Shown here in pieces: positions 24,395 through 37,261 of a DNA stretch of 64,000 nt; the stretch's first letter is position 1, and each line of letters starts with the position of its first letter. The DNA comes from Nageia nagi (taxonomy: Eukaryota; Plantae; Pinophyta): assembly GCA_050084985.1 (NCBI GenBank), contig JBITNC010000001.1:202678001-202742000 (forward strand), in the 5' to 3' direction. The notes beneath the pieces were generated by a model. The model saw only the letters and a list, made by a program, of their open reading frames with translations. It was not told the DNA's origin and did not search any database. The position numbers were made by a program, and so were the translations under genes.

Positions 24395-26156
24395 CTATTT
24401 TTTCATAAAACTCGAAAGTATTCAAGGAAAGAAACGAAAACATTCAAACTATGAAAGAGAACCACAAAAGAAATTCCATTCACCACTCCACCAATGACAA
24501 ATCGCTTGAGAAAATAAGTCACCACTTTGTATTAGCATGCAAAAGAGTTACAGAAAATTTTCCAAAATTTTCTTCTTTTACAAAAAATTTCAACTTTTCT
24601 CCAAATTTTCATTCTACATAAAAGTGACCCCATAGGGTCTATTTACAAAATTTCTTGGGTTCCCAAGTGTTGTCCTAATTCTATAAAAAAAATATTAAAA
24701 TACTACATATTTACCTCCTACGACTAAGTCAGTTGACTTTTGGTGCTCTACTTGCCAAGCTGACTGATCATGAGAGCATGGTTAGTTGAGTTTTGGTGCT
24801 CAACCTTCTTGGCTGACTGATTTACAAAATTTTCAAAAATGAATAGAAACATGATGGCTGATTTGCAGATTGTACATGTGATGCTAGGATTGCCTCAAAG
24901 TTGGCACCCATGAAGGTTTCTCTGTTTTTGATTCATATGTTGAGAACTTCCATTCATTCACCAACAGGTACATAGTGATGGTCTTTGAAGTCTTCTTCAT
25001 CTCGTTGCACCATACCACCATTTTGTTGCCGTACTTGATCTGTTTTCCAGATTTGAGGACATTGATGTCCTCAATCTCGAGGTAGTTCGTGATCATTAGT
25101 TGGACTCTATTCATCACTGTATCGTAGTACCTGTTGCGCCCATCTTCCTCGATCAATTTTAGATCAAATTGGTACTTTGGTAGCTGTCTTTTCAAGTCTT
25201 CTTTGAAATTTGCCTAAACTTGAATGAAATCCTGACATTTTGTTATAATATAGAATAGCCAATCGTATTGGTAAAATAATTGATGACCATATTCTAGTAG
25301 TATTGGCCTACTAGCATTCTTCCTTCTTAAGTCATGCATCACTAGATAACTATTGCTCCACCTAGTGATCAGTTCATGGATCTTGCCTTTGATAGCGAAC
25401 AATCTGGTCTCTTCAATAAAAAAATTAGTTATTCCTAGTAATAACTCTTGGATGGCTTTTTTGGTTTCCTTTATCCACTCTTCTTTGACCACTTGAATCC
25501 TAGTATTCAAGGAAATTTGTTTTTTGATGTCTTCAATTGTCAGGTTAGCAGCTTGGATATCCACGATCAACTTTTTTTGTCCGGCCAATTCCCTCTTAAG
25601 CTTCTTGAGCTTTACCTTTTGTGTAGTGATCTCCTCCATTAGTGCCACAGCATTTGTGACTATTGCTTGTTTTTTGCCCATAGACCCAATCTTCTTACAT
25701 GGCTCTTCTCTTATGTCCACCACTAAACCAAAGTCGTTCTCTTGTCCTGTTATCTAGCATAGCATGTTGATGATGGTAAAGAATGTTGGATAAAAGTTTG
25801 TCCTCTTTGGTTGGCTTAAGGCCTTCGCCTTAAAGTCTTTGCATTCATCGACCAACCAGTCTCTAATCAAATTCCCCAACTTTGTCATGTAATTGAAGAA
25901 TTTGATGGAGTCTATCATGGTAAATATGATGCCCTCGTTGCTCCATCCAAATATGCTCTCTATTCCCTCCATCGTGAAGTCTAGTATCTTAGTGCCTTCA
26001 GTATCAAGGAGGGACCCTCCTTTCCTTTGTATCGCAGTATCTGGTTACCTCAAGGTACAATTCTGGGAATAGAGCAGTAAATGGGATCATGGAGGCCTCA
26101 ACAATCCTGAACTGAGTGAGAGTATCATTGAGCAATTGTTCCAGTGGGATTTTGGC
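24384..26156 (-). repeat. Second, internally deleted copy of the Tat eORF plus U3/TATA region
   Basis: 24384-25735 matches 7908-9257 and 25736-26156 matches 13096-13502. The copies are clearly diverged but unambiguously colinear. Confidence 0.92.
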
Positions 26157-26714
26157 GTATAGCTTATCTCTATGTCATTCAGTTAGATTTATGTATTCAC
26201 ATGTTGGTCATTTCCCTTCACCCCATTCCATTGACTCTTCCATCAAGACCCTATAGCTTCCTGCTCTCGTCTGGTAGTAACTTGAGCCTTTTGCTATTTC
26301 CTACCCGGCTTGATAAGTGAATACATTTTCTTAAAGAATCTGGAGCTGATATGCCAAGACATTGCATCACTGGTGATACCTTCATAAGTTCATTATTCAT
26401 ATTCCTATGCATTTATCCCTGCATTTGTGATCTTTCTTCTTTTTCGTTCACATTTGCAGTCTTTCCTCTTTGTGGAAGCGAATCTCGATAGTGTATTTCC
26501 CTTGTATATGGTTAACAACATGCATCTCTATCCACTATGTCCTAGTCCATGTTCCACGTGAGCGCTTGGGGTAACCAATCCTTTCAAGCGGAAACAAGTA
26601 ACGTTGTTTCCTCCAAGTCTTGTGCATGTTTTGTGTGAGGAAAGAAAAACATACCAACGTTAAGAATATAGGTGGTTGTAGCAACTACATCAATCTATTA
26701 GGAATTGTTTAGCT

Positions 26715-27010
26715 ACTTAGTTTGAAGCATGTTCATTGCCATTTCAACAACATCCTAATTCTTCCTTTGACCACCCCATTTTGTTTAAGTGTAGGAAGTT
26801 GTGAGGTGCCTCTTCATGCCATTTTCATTACAAAACTATTTGAACTTCTTAGAACAATATTCTCAACCTCGGTCATTTCTCAAAGACTTGATCTTACATC
26901 CACTTTCATTCTCCACATGAGCTTTAAAAGTCTTGAGAATACTCAAAACGTCATTCTTATACTTAAAAACTAAACCCAATAGTTTTTGGAGAAATTATCA
27001 ATTAAAGTTA
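26715..27010 (-). pseudogene. Ty1/copia integrase fragment
   Basis: KNDVLSILKTFKAHVENESGCKIKSLRNDRG*EYCSKKF..FCNENGMKRHLT, then VVEMAMNML. Confidence 0.8.
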
Positions 27011-29720
27011 TGAAATAAAAAGATTTACCCAATTAACAAGCATAAAGCAAAGGTGGGGTCTTGTATGGAGCGTGAGCGACCCCTGCAAACCCTAACTATG
27101 GCAACAACATTTTTGAATGCTCAACAAGAAGCGATTGTTGAGGGATGGAAAGATACTTAATGTGAATGGTGACGATCGGCCTACCACTAGTTTAACATGT
27201 CTGTAGCAAGTCGTAATGAAAATCGAAGCAAAAAGTTGTCCTTGGGACCTCGCCCTTATGTTTCCTTAAGTTTTTCTTCCGCTTCCCTCTTTATCAAGCC
27301 ATACAAACTTACTCTCTGATTCAATCATTTTCAAGAGATATCTATGCACTACATGGCCACTATGACCATGTCTAAACACCATAGCCAAATTGTTATTTAG
27401 CTCATTGCAAGATTTTATCCACAGAGTTATTATTAGTTTAGCTAGGGATTTTGTTATTTAGGTTCTATTACATTATTTGAACAAAAACATGTCCTAATTT
27501 TGATATATGTTTTGTGACAATGAGTCAAACTCATTGAACATGAAATTACAATACAATGGAATCTCCTTTGATTGCATATATGTTGTTCTTGAATGAATGT
27601 CATTACCTGTTATAGCCTTACATTATTTGAATGTTGCAGTAGCGTATTCCTCTTGAATATTTAGCATCTATTATTACACTATTTGAATGAGAGATGTTGA
27701 ATGTTTATTCAGTGTTATTCTTTCATCTATATGACTTTGTTACGCAATGGAACTAGCCACCGATCTTTGTGTGATTGAATACATGAGCCCATGGTGGTTG
27801 GTCAATCTTTTAATACTACAAATTGTTACTGTATCATTTATTGGTTGGTCTTTAAAGTATAGATCTCAAGAAAAACATATTAGGGTTACATTCCTAGGCC
27901 ATTATTATTGTACTACCTTAGGTCCAAAACATGAGAACTACCTAAACAAGAGGTCATTACCGGGTGATCTCATACATATGTTGACACTAGGGAGGATTAA
28001 CAATCGTGACACTAGTTTCCCATTAGTGATCATTTCTTGAAAATTGTCATAATTATGAATAAAGTAATCGACCTACTTAGCCATTCTAACATTAGTAATT
28101 TCATACGACGACTATGGAGCAACCACATAGAGATTGCAGAGAGACTGTGTATAGATTGACAGAGCAATTGCATTGTTTTTGTTGTTTCTAAAAATTGACG
28201 AAGTGACTACGTAGAGATTGATGGAGCAACTACATAGAGATTGGCGGAGCGATTGTGATTGTAGAGCAATGCTAGACTTGTAACACTCCCATTCTTTCCC
28301 TAACAATCCCAAAGTCTCAAGCAATGACGACTTCAAGTTCTCAATAAGGGACCTAGGGTCCCAAGATACAATGAGCTCTATATTGGATTAAAAGAAGAAT
28401 TCAAAAGGAGATCGTGATTTAATTTTTAAAAAATAATAACAAAATATGAAGGCCATGATTTCATGGAAATAAGGAAGAGGGTTTTTTTTAAATTTACCTC
28501 ACCTAGTGCTACTTGCCTTTTCTTATCCATTTGCTTGTTGAGTTGGAGTGTGACTACAGAGCATGCTTGATTGGCTTGTATTGTCAACCTGGAGGAGGAG
28601 AAGGTTATCATGTGCTCATTTTGGATTGTTATTGACTTTGAAGACTCATGCTAACACTTTAACCTCCACCTTGTCTAATCATAAAGTGGTTTATATGAAA
28701 ATGGAGATTGGAATTATTTTTTTCTTGACTACATCAAATGACACGTATGACATTGTCTTGGATTCCCTCTTGGTCATATAAGGTTTGTTCACACTAACTT
28801 TGTATCGAGACAAACCATCATATCCTTAAGACTAGTGTATATGTAGGCTATGCAACATGGAACCAGAGATTTAAGAGCATTTTATATGAAATTCATGGTC
28901 AATATCATTGCTTATGTAAAGGTCCCTGCTCTTTGAAGTCATGGATGAATTATAAAGATTATGATTGTCAAGTATTTATTGATATAATTCGAATTGATCG
29001 AGTTGAAGGTTCTAGAACTAAGGTTACATGCAAGAGCCGAACTAAGCATTTTCCTGTCTTGTTTCCACCATTGCTTTGTCCTTTGATGTCAATCTACACC
29101 TATAAAAGGAATTATTTTTTTGATGTAAAAATAGTTGTGTTTTAAAAAGCACAAATAATCGCGACTAATCGCTGAATAATCATCGGATGAGGACCAGCCG
29201 CATAATCGCCGAAAAAATCGCATATTCGAATCAAATGCGAATTTTCCAAAAAAATCGCAACTAATTGCGGGTGACGATTAATCGCCAAAAGTCACGGATC
29301 TCGACAAAAAAATCGGCGAGAAGCGGGAAAAAATGCGATGGACTCCAAAGAAAAATAAATTCGCCAAAACCCGTTGACTTGTTATAAAAAGAAGAATGGG
29401 GTCCCCACTTTCATCATTCCAAACTTTGAAGAGAGCTTAGATTCTTCATTCCAAGTGAGTATGACTGATTTTTTTAAGTGTTCTTGGTCAAATTGGTGGA
29501 AGCTTGGAGGTGGTGTTGAAAGTACAACTCACTGAAAAGAGAGTGAGACTTCCATAGCCTACTTCTATCAGCTTAAGGTTCAAACTTCTACCAACTGAAG
29601 GTTTAATTTCCAATCTCAACCCATTTGTTTTTATGTATTAGCTATTTTACTCTTTTAACTTTCAACTTGATAGTATAATTATACTTTGTTTTTTTTTATG
29701 AAATCATTTAGTCCAATGAA

Positions 29721-29989
29721 GAGATTATGCTCTACACTTGCAACAAAAGTTGACCTGGTGTATCAGAAATCTGAAGCTGCCTAATTATTTTAAATTTAAA
29801 TGCTAGAGAGAGTATGCTCTACACTTGCAACAATAGTTGATCTAGTGTATCAGAAATCTTGAGCATTTAAATTTTAAACCCTTTTAAAAAATTTAAGTTT
29901 CTTGAAGGCTACAAAGAGTATGCTCTACACTTGCGACAAATGTTGATATGGTGTATTTGAATTCCAAAGCCTTAAAGAAACTTAAAATT
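29721..29989 (+). repeat. Three ~52-bp stem-loop repeats in the hAT 5'-UTR intron (intron ~29601-30038)
   Basis: Core gag(a/t)tatgctcTACACttgCAAC-nnnn-GTTGa..GTGTAt at 29721, 29808 and 29914. Units 2 and 3 are closed by distinct outer inverted repeats. Confidence 0.85.
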
Positions 29990-30054
29990 TATATTTCAAA
30001 TTAAAAGCTAAGATTCTAATTTTTTTTCATTATGATAGGTACAAACTCAAAAAA

Positions 30055-32358
30055 ATGTCTGGAAAGAGAAACATTGCCTAGAAGCATGTAACACAAGAAA
30101 GGGGAGCTTTGATATGCAATTTTTGTGGCAAAGTTATGAAAACTAGAATTAATTGTGTCAAATATCATTTGCCATGCATTCCCGCCAGAGATATTGAAAT
30201 TTGCCCCAAAGTGCCGAAGTTAAGCAACAAATGAATACTACCTAGAGAAATTTTTTGAGAAGAAAGAAGAAAGGATCGCCATTAAACAGGCTAAGGCTCA
30301 AGGATTCTCCAGCCAACCTCCTACTCTTGGTGGACCAACCACAGGCATCATTCTTTGTTCCTCAGCAATGTTCCTATTAGCTAGCCAACACTACATGCCA
30401 CAAGATGGAACAAGGAGATGCATGTAGAAGTGACTAAAGTTGTTGCAAATTTCTTCTATTATTGCAACATACCTTTCAATGTTGTTGATTCACCATTTTT
30501 TGCTACCATGGTGAATGCATTGATGGCTATTGGCACGGGGTATAAACCCCCCACTGCATACGATTTGAGGGAGTCACTTCTGGACAATGTAGTTAAGGAT
30601 GTGGAGATCATAATGGATGATCAAAAGACGTTATGGGAGAAGAAGGGCTGCACAATTTTGTCTGACAGTTGAGAGGATCAAAGGGGGAGAACATTGATAA
30701 ATTCTCTTGCCCAATCAGCAAGAGGCACAATTTTTTTGAGATCTATGGACGCTTGTAACAAAGTAAAAAATAGACGAACAATCGATGGTCTTGGAGGTTG
30801 GGCCAAAAAATGTGGTCCAAATGATCACAGATAATGTAGTAGCATATGTTGTAGCAGGGAGAGATTTCCTACATTATTTTGGACACCTTGTGCGTCCCAT
30901 TGTATTGACCTGATTGTGGAGGATATTGGAAAAATATCCTAGGTGACTGAACGTGTTGCTAATGCTAAGAAGCTCACCAAATTCATTTACAACCATAGTT
31001 TGGTGCTAGCTTTGCTGAGGGAACACACCAACGGAAGGGATATCGTGAGACTAGGAATCACACAATTTGCAACAAATTACCTCAACCTTCAGAGCCTTTA
31101 TTCCAGAAAGGCGGGTGTAAAGAGGATGTTCATTTCAGATGAATTGAACCAATTTTAGTGGAGCACACGTGTGGAAGGACATGTGTGTGCAAGCATTGTG
31201 TTTGATGATGGTTTTTGGAAAACCGCATCTAAGACCATTCAAGTTAGCATTCAACTCCAATAACAAAAAAAAAAAAAAATCTAATTTGAAATTGTACATT
31301 CTTTTATTTTATTTTTATATTTTCCCAAACTCATGTTTTTCTTCAATGTTGTTTTGTAGATATCCGAGCCCTTGGTGAGAGTTTTGAAAATTGTTGAGGG
31401 TGAGGAAAAATCACCAATGGACTACTTATATGAGGCCATGAAGAAGGCCAAAGAAAGCATCAAGTGGTACTACAAAAATGTTTCAGCCAGATATTAGCCT
31501 ATTTTAGATTTGATTGATCAACGGTGGGGTGATCAACTCCACAAACCAATACATGCTGCTACACACTATCTAAATCCAAAATTTTATTTTGATGAAAAAT
31601 CAAACTTCAAGGCCAATGATGAAATTATGAGTGGACTCTACATGTGCCTTGAGAGGATGGTAGCACATGATGAGGATAAAGTTATGCAAATACAGAGAGA
31701 GTTGACCATATATAAAAATGCATATGGCTACCTCTTCTCCAGTATTGCATGCATTGGATCAAGGAAAACAGAAATTCCAAGTTCAATTATTTATGTTTGT
31801 AAAAATTAATTTTTTTTAGAATTTAAATAATTAAAATTAAATAGAATGTAATCTGATTTTTTTTTAATTGTTGAATTTGCAGCTGTGTGGTGGGAGTCAT
31901 TTGGTGCAAAATGCCCTCTTCTACAACAATTGGCCATACGCATCTTAAACCAACCTTGCAGTGCTAGTGGATGTAAGCAAACCTAAAGTTTATTTCAGCG
32001 AATTCATTCAAGAAAGCGTAATAGATTGATGAAACAAAGGTTGGACAAATTGGTTTTTGTGAACTACAACTTAAGGTTGTGTAATAAAAGGATTGAGGGG
32101 AGTGATGGAGATCCTATAGATTTGGATAACATTGATCAAACAAATGAATGGATCAATACTATGGGTGATTCGCAAAATGATATCCTTGAAGAGGATGGTC
32201 TAGAACGACTAGGAGAGAGGTGGAAAAACATAGTGCATTTGAAACTGAAAGTCAAGACAAGCCCAAACTCACAAAGTGCACCTACAACATCGAGGGCATA
32301 TGGAACAAGGGCAGCAACTAAGGACAAAGGGAGGGGTAAGAAAAGAGCACATCCTTGA
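30055..32358 (+). pseudogene. hAT transposase (BED finger, DUF659, C-terminal dimerization domain); exons ~30055-31242, 31360-31780, 31883-32358
   Basis: ICNFCGK...KYHL, ANFFYYCNIPFNVVDSPFF, GCTILSD, WTPCASHCIDL, PLVRVL..MDYLYEAM, HAATHYLNP and WWESFG..LQQLAIRIL.QPCSASGC. GT-AG introns, with multiple stops and frameshifts. Confidence 0.93.
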
Positions 32359-32616
32359 TGTGTTTGCAATTTCAATATGAATTTTTGTTTTTTGAAAACC
32401 AAAAAGCACATGCCATATATATGTAAAATTTCTGATTTTTTGACATTATGTACTCACTAAACAGTATGAAATTATGAACTATAGAGTTGATAGTTTATCA
32501 CTTAATACTGCATAGTGATTACATAATGTAACTTATGAAGGTTGCGCCATTATGTAATTGTTTTAATATGATCTATATCACAATAAAATGAAAAAAAAAA
32601 CACTACATTCTGATTT

Positions 32617-32960
32617 CTAATGCAATATGTTGTTTTTTGGATGTTTTGGTAATGCAAACTTTGAAAAATAGGATATATCAATAAGGCCTTTGTCTAAGAT
32701 GACTATATCATCCTCCAACATCGATTCATATGACAAAAGAGCTCGTTGAAGTTCATCAAACTTCAATTTGATGAATTTGTTGGTGCTTTCAAACACCATT
32801 ACTTATTGGCGAAACTTAGGAAAAATCTTGTTAATAGCATCCTCATTAAGGCCCCTTGCTTCCATAGTCCTCTTTCAGCATCACATGCATCGCCTTTTTG
32901 GTCTTCGAGGTGACACAAAGAGAATCCCTTCGAGGGCATTGTCTTCATCTATGGATCTAG
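32617..32960 (-). pseudogene. Probable Copia gag fragment
   Basis: AINKIFP...KLKFDELQRALLSYE resembles the end of the Copia gag (UBN2) domain; short and degenerate. Confidence 0.4.
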
Positions 32961-35419
32961 CCACATAGGGTTATCGTAGATGTTGGTTTACCAAGGTCAG
33001 TGAGATACTCTAGAGATTTGGTTTCTCTCCAGATGTCCTCGCACCACACGAGAGTTCGATCAGTTCTCCAGCAGACTCTTTATCAAAGGCCTGAGATACC
33101 ATCTACAAACCCTTTATTCAGATCACTTGCATCTTAGCCCCTCACCATTGTCACCAAAGTTGGTAGACTATGCACAGCAGTGCCTGCAAATCGACAATAG
33201 TTCAATCCTCCCACTAGGCTATTTTAGTTTACATCTTCCTCTTGGTTTGAGAACATTCTTAAGACAACTTCAGGTTTATTTCCCATCAACTAAGGATCAA
33301 GACGAACCACCATCTAGCTCGTGATCTACATATTTTTCATCTTTTCTCGCTTGAGACAAAGTATGAGGACCACTTCATTTTCCGATGCTCAGTCTACTAT
33401 GAGATTAGAGGCCAGTACCACTGCCTCTTTCGAGACTCCCACGGATCGTTGTCTACTTTTCTTCAGTATCCCGATCAGCGATGTTTATCTCTTTATCTTC
33501 ATAAGACCTTCCTTTTGCGGAAGCATCTTCCCTCTCGTGCTTAGTAGTCGATAGGAGATCACCACATTACATCTTATTTTCGAGCTTCTACGGATGAGAC
33601 TCATAGAAAACCACGACACGAGCCCTCACTACCCACATGTTGCACCAGGAGATGCCTTCTTGACACTCAGGCTCCATTGTGGACACACTAGATCTCATCT
33701 TTCTTCCCTTACAGCGGCAAGGCTTTAGGCATGACCCCTACAAATGAGCGAGATCTCTCTCAATTGCAAAGAGCACCCATGGGCTCCTCCTCGAAGAGAC
33801 CCAAGATGGCCATTTCTTAACCATCCCTTTGTCTATCTCTCCTTTTTTAGGGTTTGATTCTTATTGTTCGAATTTATTTGTGCTTACGCTATTTTCTTTA
33901 TGCTTTCTTAGATTGAGCCCATTAGGAGTTACATTGGCTCCTAGCACATGATTGTACCCACTAGTCCCATTGACCGCTTTTGGTCATCTGTGGACATTAG
34001 TATACTTCCTTTCTTTGGCCTCCTCCTTTTCCTTGGACAAGAACTTCCAATCACTTCAAGGGGACTTAGAACTTTCCATACTTCTCCAAAATCCCTTGGA
34101 CCTCAAACGATTCTACATCTTGATGCTCCAATAGTCATAATCTTGATTATTGAACTCAGGAAGAGGAAGGCTAGACTTGCCTTTGTGGTCTACCATTATG
34201 CTGAACAAAGAGAAGGGAAAACTCCAAACTTGTCTCCGGTTAGAAAAACAAATTACTCAGACCTTACACTCAACTAGGCTTTGATACCAGATGTGAAATT
34301 TGGTTACCTCAAAGTGTTAAACTCTCTGAAGACATATCGCAGGCAGCCTAGATTCAGGTTTAGAAATCATTCAAATAGGCAAAAATGCTTCCAAGACAGG
34401 GAAACAAACTCATATGAACAAGTTCTGAATGTTTTGGGTAAACTTAACAAACTGCAGGCAGTCTAGGAGGAGTGATTGAGAATGCGGGTGGTATGGTTTT
34501 GAGCAAGAAACATGTTTACACCGGTTGGAAATGGAGCAAGACTTAAAGTTTTACCCAGATTCAATCATAAATGACAGAAAACTTGACACAGCAAGCTGCA
34601 AAACATGACTGTTCACACACAAAACAGAGATTAACACAACAGCAGAATTGGTGACAAGAATTGTTGAAGGTTGTTTCATGAAGATTAACACATAATGGAG
34701 TCTTTTAGTATTTTATTGATTTCATAATTTTCATTGTAGTATACAATCACGGCAGAGCTACATAAGAATGTCTCGAGACGTATTGTTGAAGGAGAAGCCT
34801 AATGTACAATATAATACATTCTACATGTCTCTTGGTATGCAGAAGATTAAGAGCCCCATGAAACTTCATGTGATTAACTCTTCACTAGATGCAAACTACT
34901 TGTATACCTTGAACTATATAAAGTTTGCATGCGGAGGTTACATACTTGACAACCAACAACTCCAAACGATTTAACCAACTTAACCACAAAACTAAACCAT
35001 AATGATTCAAGTGCATAACTACCCCAACCATATAATAATTGGGCTATTACGCAACAAACAAATACTTCATATTATACAAAAGCATAAGCTAAAAAGTCAA
35101 TCACACACAAGTGAAAAACTTAAGGTTTCTACCCAGACCATGCCTCCTCAAATGTAAGCCCTTCCCAGCTTTGCAAGCACGTCTGTTTAACAAATATGTT
35201 GATACTTTTTTAGATCAATACTTATATGGGAAGCCTCTATTGTAAGGAATTCACCTAGCCACTTCCACCACGATGAGGTTACTTCATTCCACAGCCCCAT
35301 TCTGTTGTGGGTTGTACAAAGCAGTAAAATTGCCTCCATGTCCCCAATCTGAAAAATTGGTTTGAGGCAAACTCCCTTCCATTGTGAGGTCTCAACCTCC
35401 TAGTGTACCTCCCAGTCTA

Positions 35420-35740
35420 ATTTTCAACAAGGTTTTTTAAACAATAAACTCTACAAAACAACTATACTTCTTAAGTAACCCATATTTTCCTTCAGAAAGC
35501 ATCAGCAAGATGCAAGAAATACTAGAAATGCATTGATTGGAATGTAAAAATTTGTGCGCACCAAGTCTAGAATTACGTTGTTCTGCATGCATTTCCATGA
35601 AATTCTGCTTATATTGTCTATCAACCAAGAAATCTGCACAAACATTCTTATCCTCATGTATAGCAGGAAACCCATACACCATGGTTGTCTTGCACAATGT
35701 TTGCAAATAAGTTCACATAAATACTCAAAACCTTTCTTTT
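35420..35740 (-). pseudogene. Copia GAG-pre-integrase / integrase N-terminal fragment
   Basis: QTLCKTTMVYGFPAIHEDKNVCADFLVDRQYKQNF resembles the L..MV.GLP.I...C..C..GKQ...F motif. Confidence 0.55.
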
Positions 35741-37261
35741 TGTTGTATATGTGCAAATAAGTCTAGCAAAACCGTTGGCAATAGGCGTGCAGGGGAAGAG
35801 AGTAAACACGTTGGACGTAAGACACAGAGCCACATCCAAAAATGTTGCTTAATCAATCGCATCTCTCCAAGAATACCATTTAAATGCAGGGTCACGTAAG
35901 TGGAGCTATGCAGGGTGCACAGTCAAAAGCTACGTGCAGAATCAGGATCTATTCACTAGTTGGGGAAGATTCACCAATCGGGGTTTGTTTGCTAGTCAGG
36001 AGAGATTTCCAGTATACTTTTAATCCTTGGAATGGAAAAGATCAGATAGGCGCATGAAGACAAGAAACGAACACGTGCAAACAAACATACACAAAGACGA
36101 ACATGCGAAGACAAGAGATGAATGTGTACAAATGAACGCAAAATATAAATCCAGGTATGCCTGCCTATAGACAAAAGCTATGGGCACAATTGGAGTTGTT
36201 CACTAGTCAAAAATTGTTCGCAATCTGCTCTGACAAGTAAGAGACAGTGACATGCAAGATTGCGACAAGCAAATAAGGACACCAATGCCAGCCAAAGAAG
36301 GAGAATCTCAGTGCCTTGTGTTTGCCCTACATGTTTGCATCATTGTTTGACATGGGCATTTCGTGGTCATGTCATCAGTGTAGGTTCTCATGGTCACGAC
36401 GTCGGTGCATGTTCGCATGGTCGCATTGTCAATACAAATTCACGTAAGTACATGGATGAATAAAGAGAAATTTGGGAAGGGCAAGGGAAAGAGGCATGAT
36501 TCAAAACAACAAAGGTCAAATTGTTGCTCAATTAGCTTTCAATATTGGAGTTCAAAGTAAAAAATAAGGCTGAAGCATTACCCTTACGGAAAGGTCCAAA
36601 ATTTTGCTCACAAATTGGGTATCAAAGGATCTAGACAAATGATGATTCAACTTTTAATTGTTCAATACATTACAAAGGATAGGAGGGCTGGAAAAGGCAT
36701 TAGAGAGAAGCTAAAAAAGTTTCACGAGTTTAAAATAAGTCACATCTGATAAACCAGTTGAAAATTCCATGGTAAAAACCTGATCCCCTTGATTTCTAAT
36801 TAGCAAAGAATTTATCAACTTAAATAATCAGAATATTTTGGAGAGCACCAATAAGTTAAGCATTGTTGCCAAATTAGCAACTATTGATTTCCATAGCTGA
36901 TGCATTTTGGTGGATTAATGCGATTTGGAAGAAAACATAAATTTGAATATTAAACTTTGTCAATCCACCAACATCATCAACATTTCATAATGCTTATTAA
37001 ATCCTATGTGACTTAAGAAATTTAAACAACAGTTGAAAATTAAAATCATATCAAATCTTATTTAATATCTTTGCATTTAATGTTGAAATTGGTTGAATTG
37101 AATATCCTAGGGTGGCGGAAGGGAGAAACTACTATAATGATGAGTCAAGCGGAGAGGTGGCCGAAGCACACAAGCAAGGTGTCATTTCAATGAGCCCCAA
37201 GCGTGTTTCCAGTATTGTAATTTGAAGTGTACTTGGAAAATCATTTTCCAAGGTAGTTCAC

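Larger units (their letters stand above)
7260..26156 (-). mobile_element. Decayed Ty3/gypsy Tat-type LTR retrotransposon (gag-PR-aRH-RT-RH-IN-extra ORF-LTR)
   Basis: LTR 3' terminus ...TCCCAACA at 7260; the same terminus is followed by a PBS in the copy at 57332. TATA box at ~8155-8165. Pol domains are recognisable despite many stops and frameshifts. The 5' boundary is uncertain because of deletions. Confidence 0.85.
29135..32600 (+). mobile_element. hAT DNA transposon (decayed, 3' end not found)
   Basis: Starts near TGTGTTTTAAAAAGC. CpG-rich AATCGC subterminal repeats at 29155-29370, followed by the spliced transposase. Confidence 0.8.

Noticed and set aside
27360-27369. CTATGACCAT also found at 7251-7260, a possible TSD of the Tat element
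   Set aside because: There is no LTR-like terminus next to it and unrelated Copia debris intervenes, so it is probably chance.
29721-29989. Repeat-spacer pattern resembling a CRISPR array
   Set aside because: There are only three ~52-bp repeats. The spacers are themselves paired stems, there are no cas genes, and the context is a eukaryotic transposon intron.
29721-29989. Hammerhead, twister or C/D snoRNA match
   Set aside because: No CUGAUGA+GAAA core, twister consensus or box C/D pair on either strand by eye.
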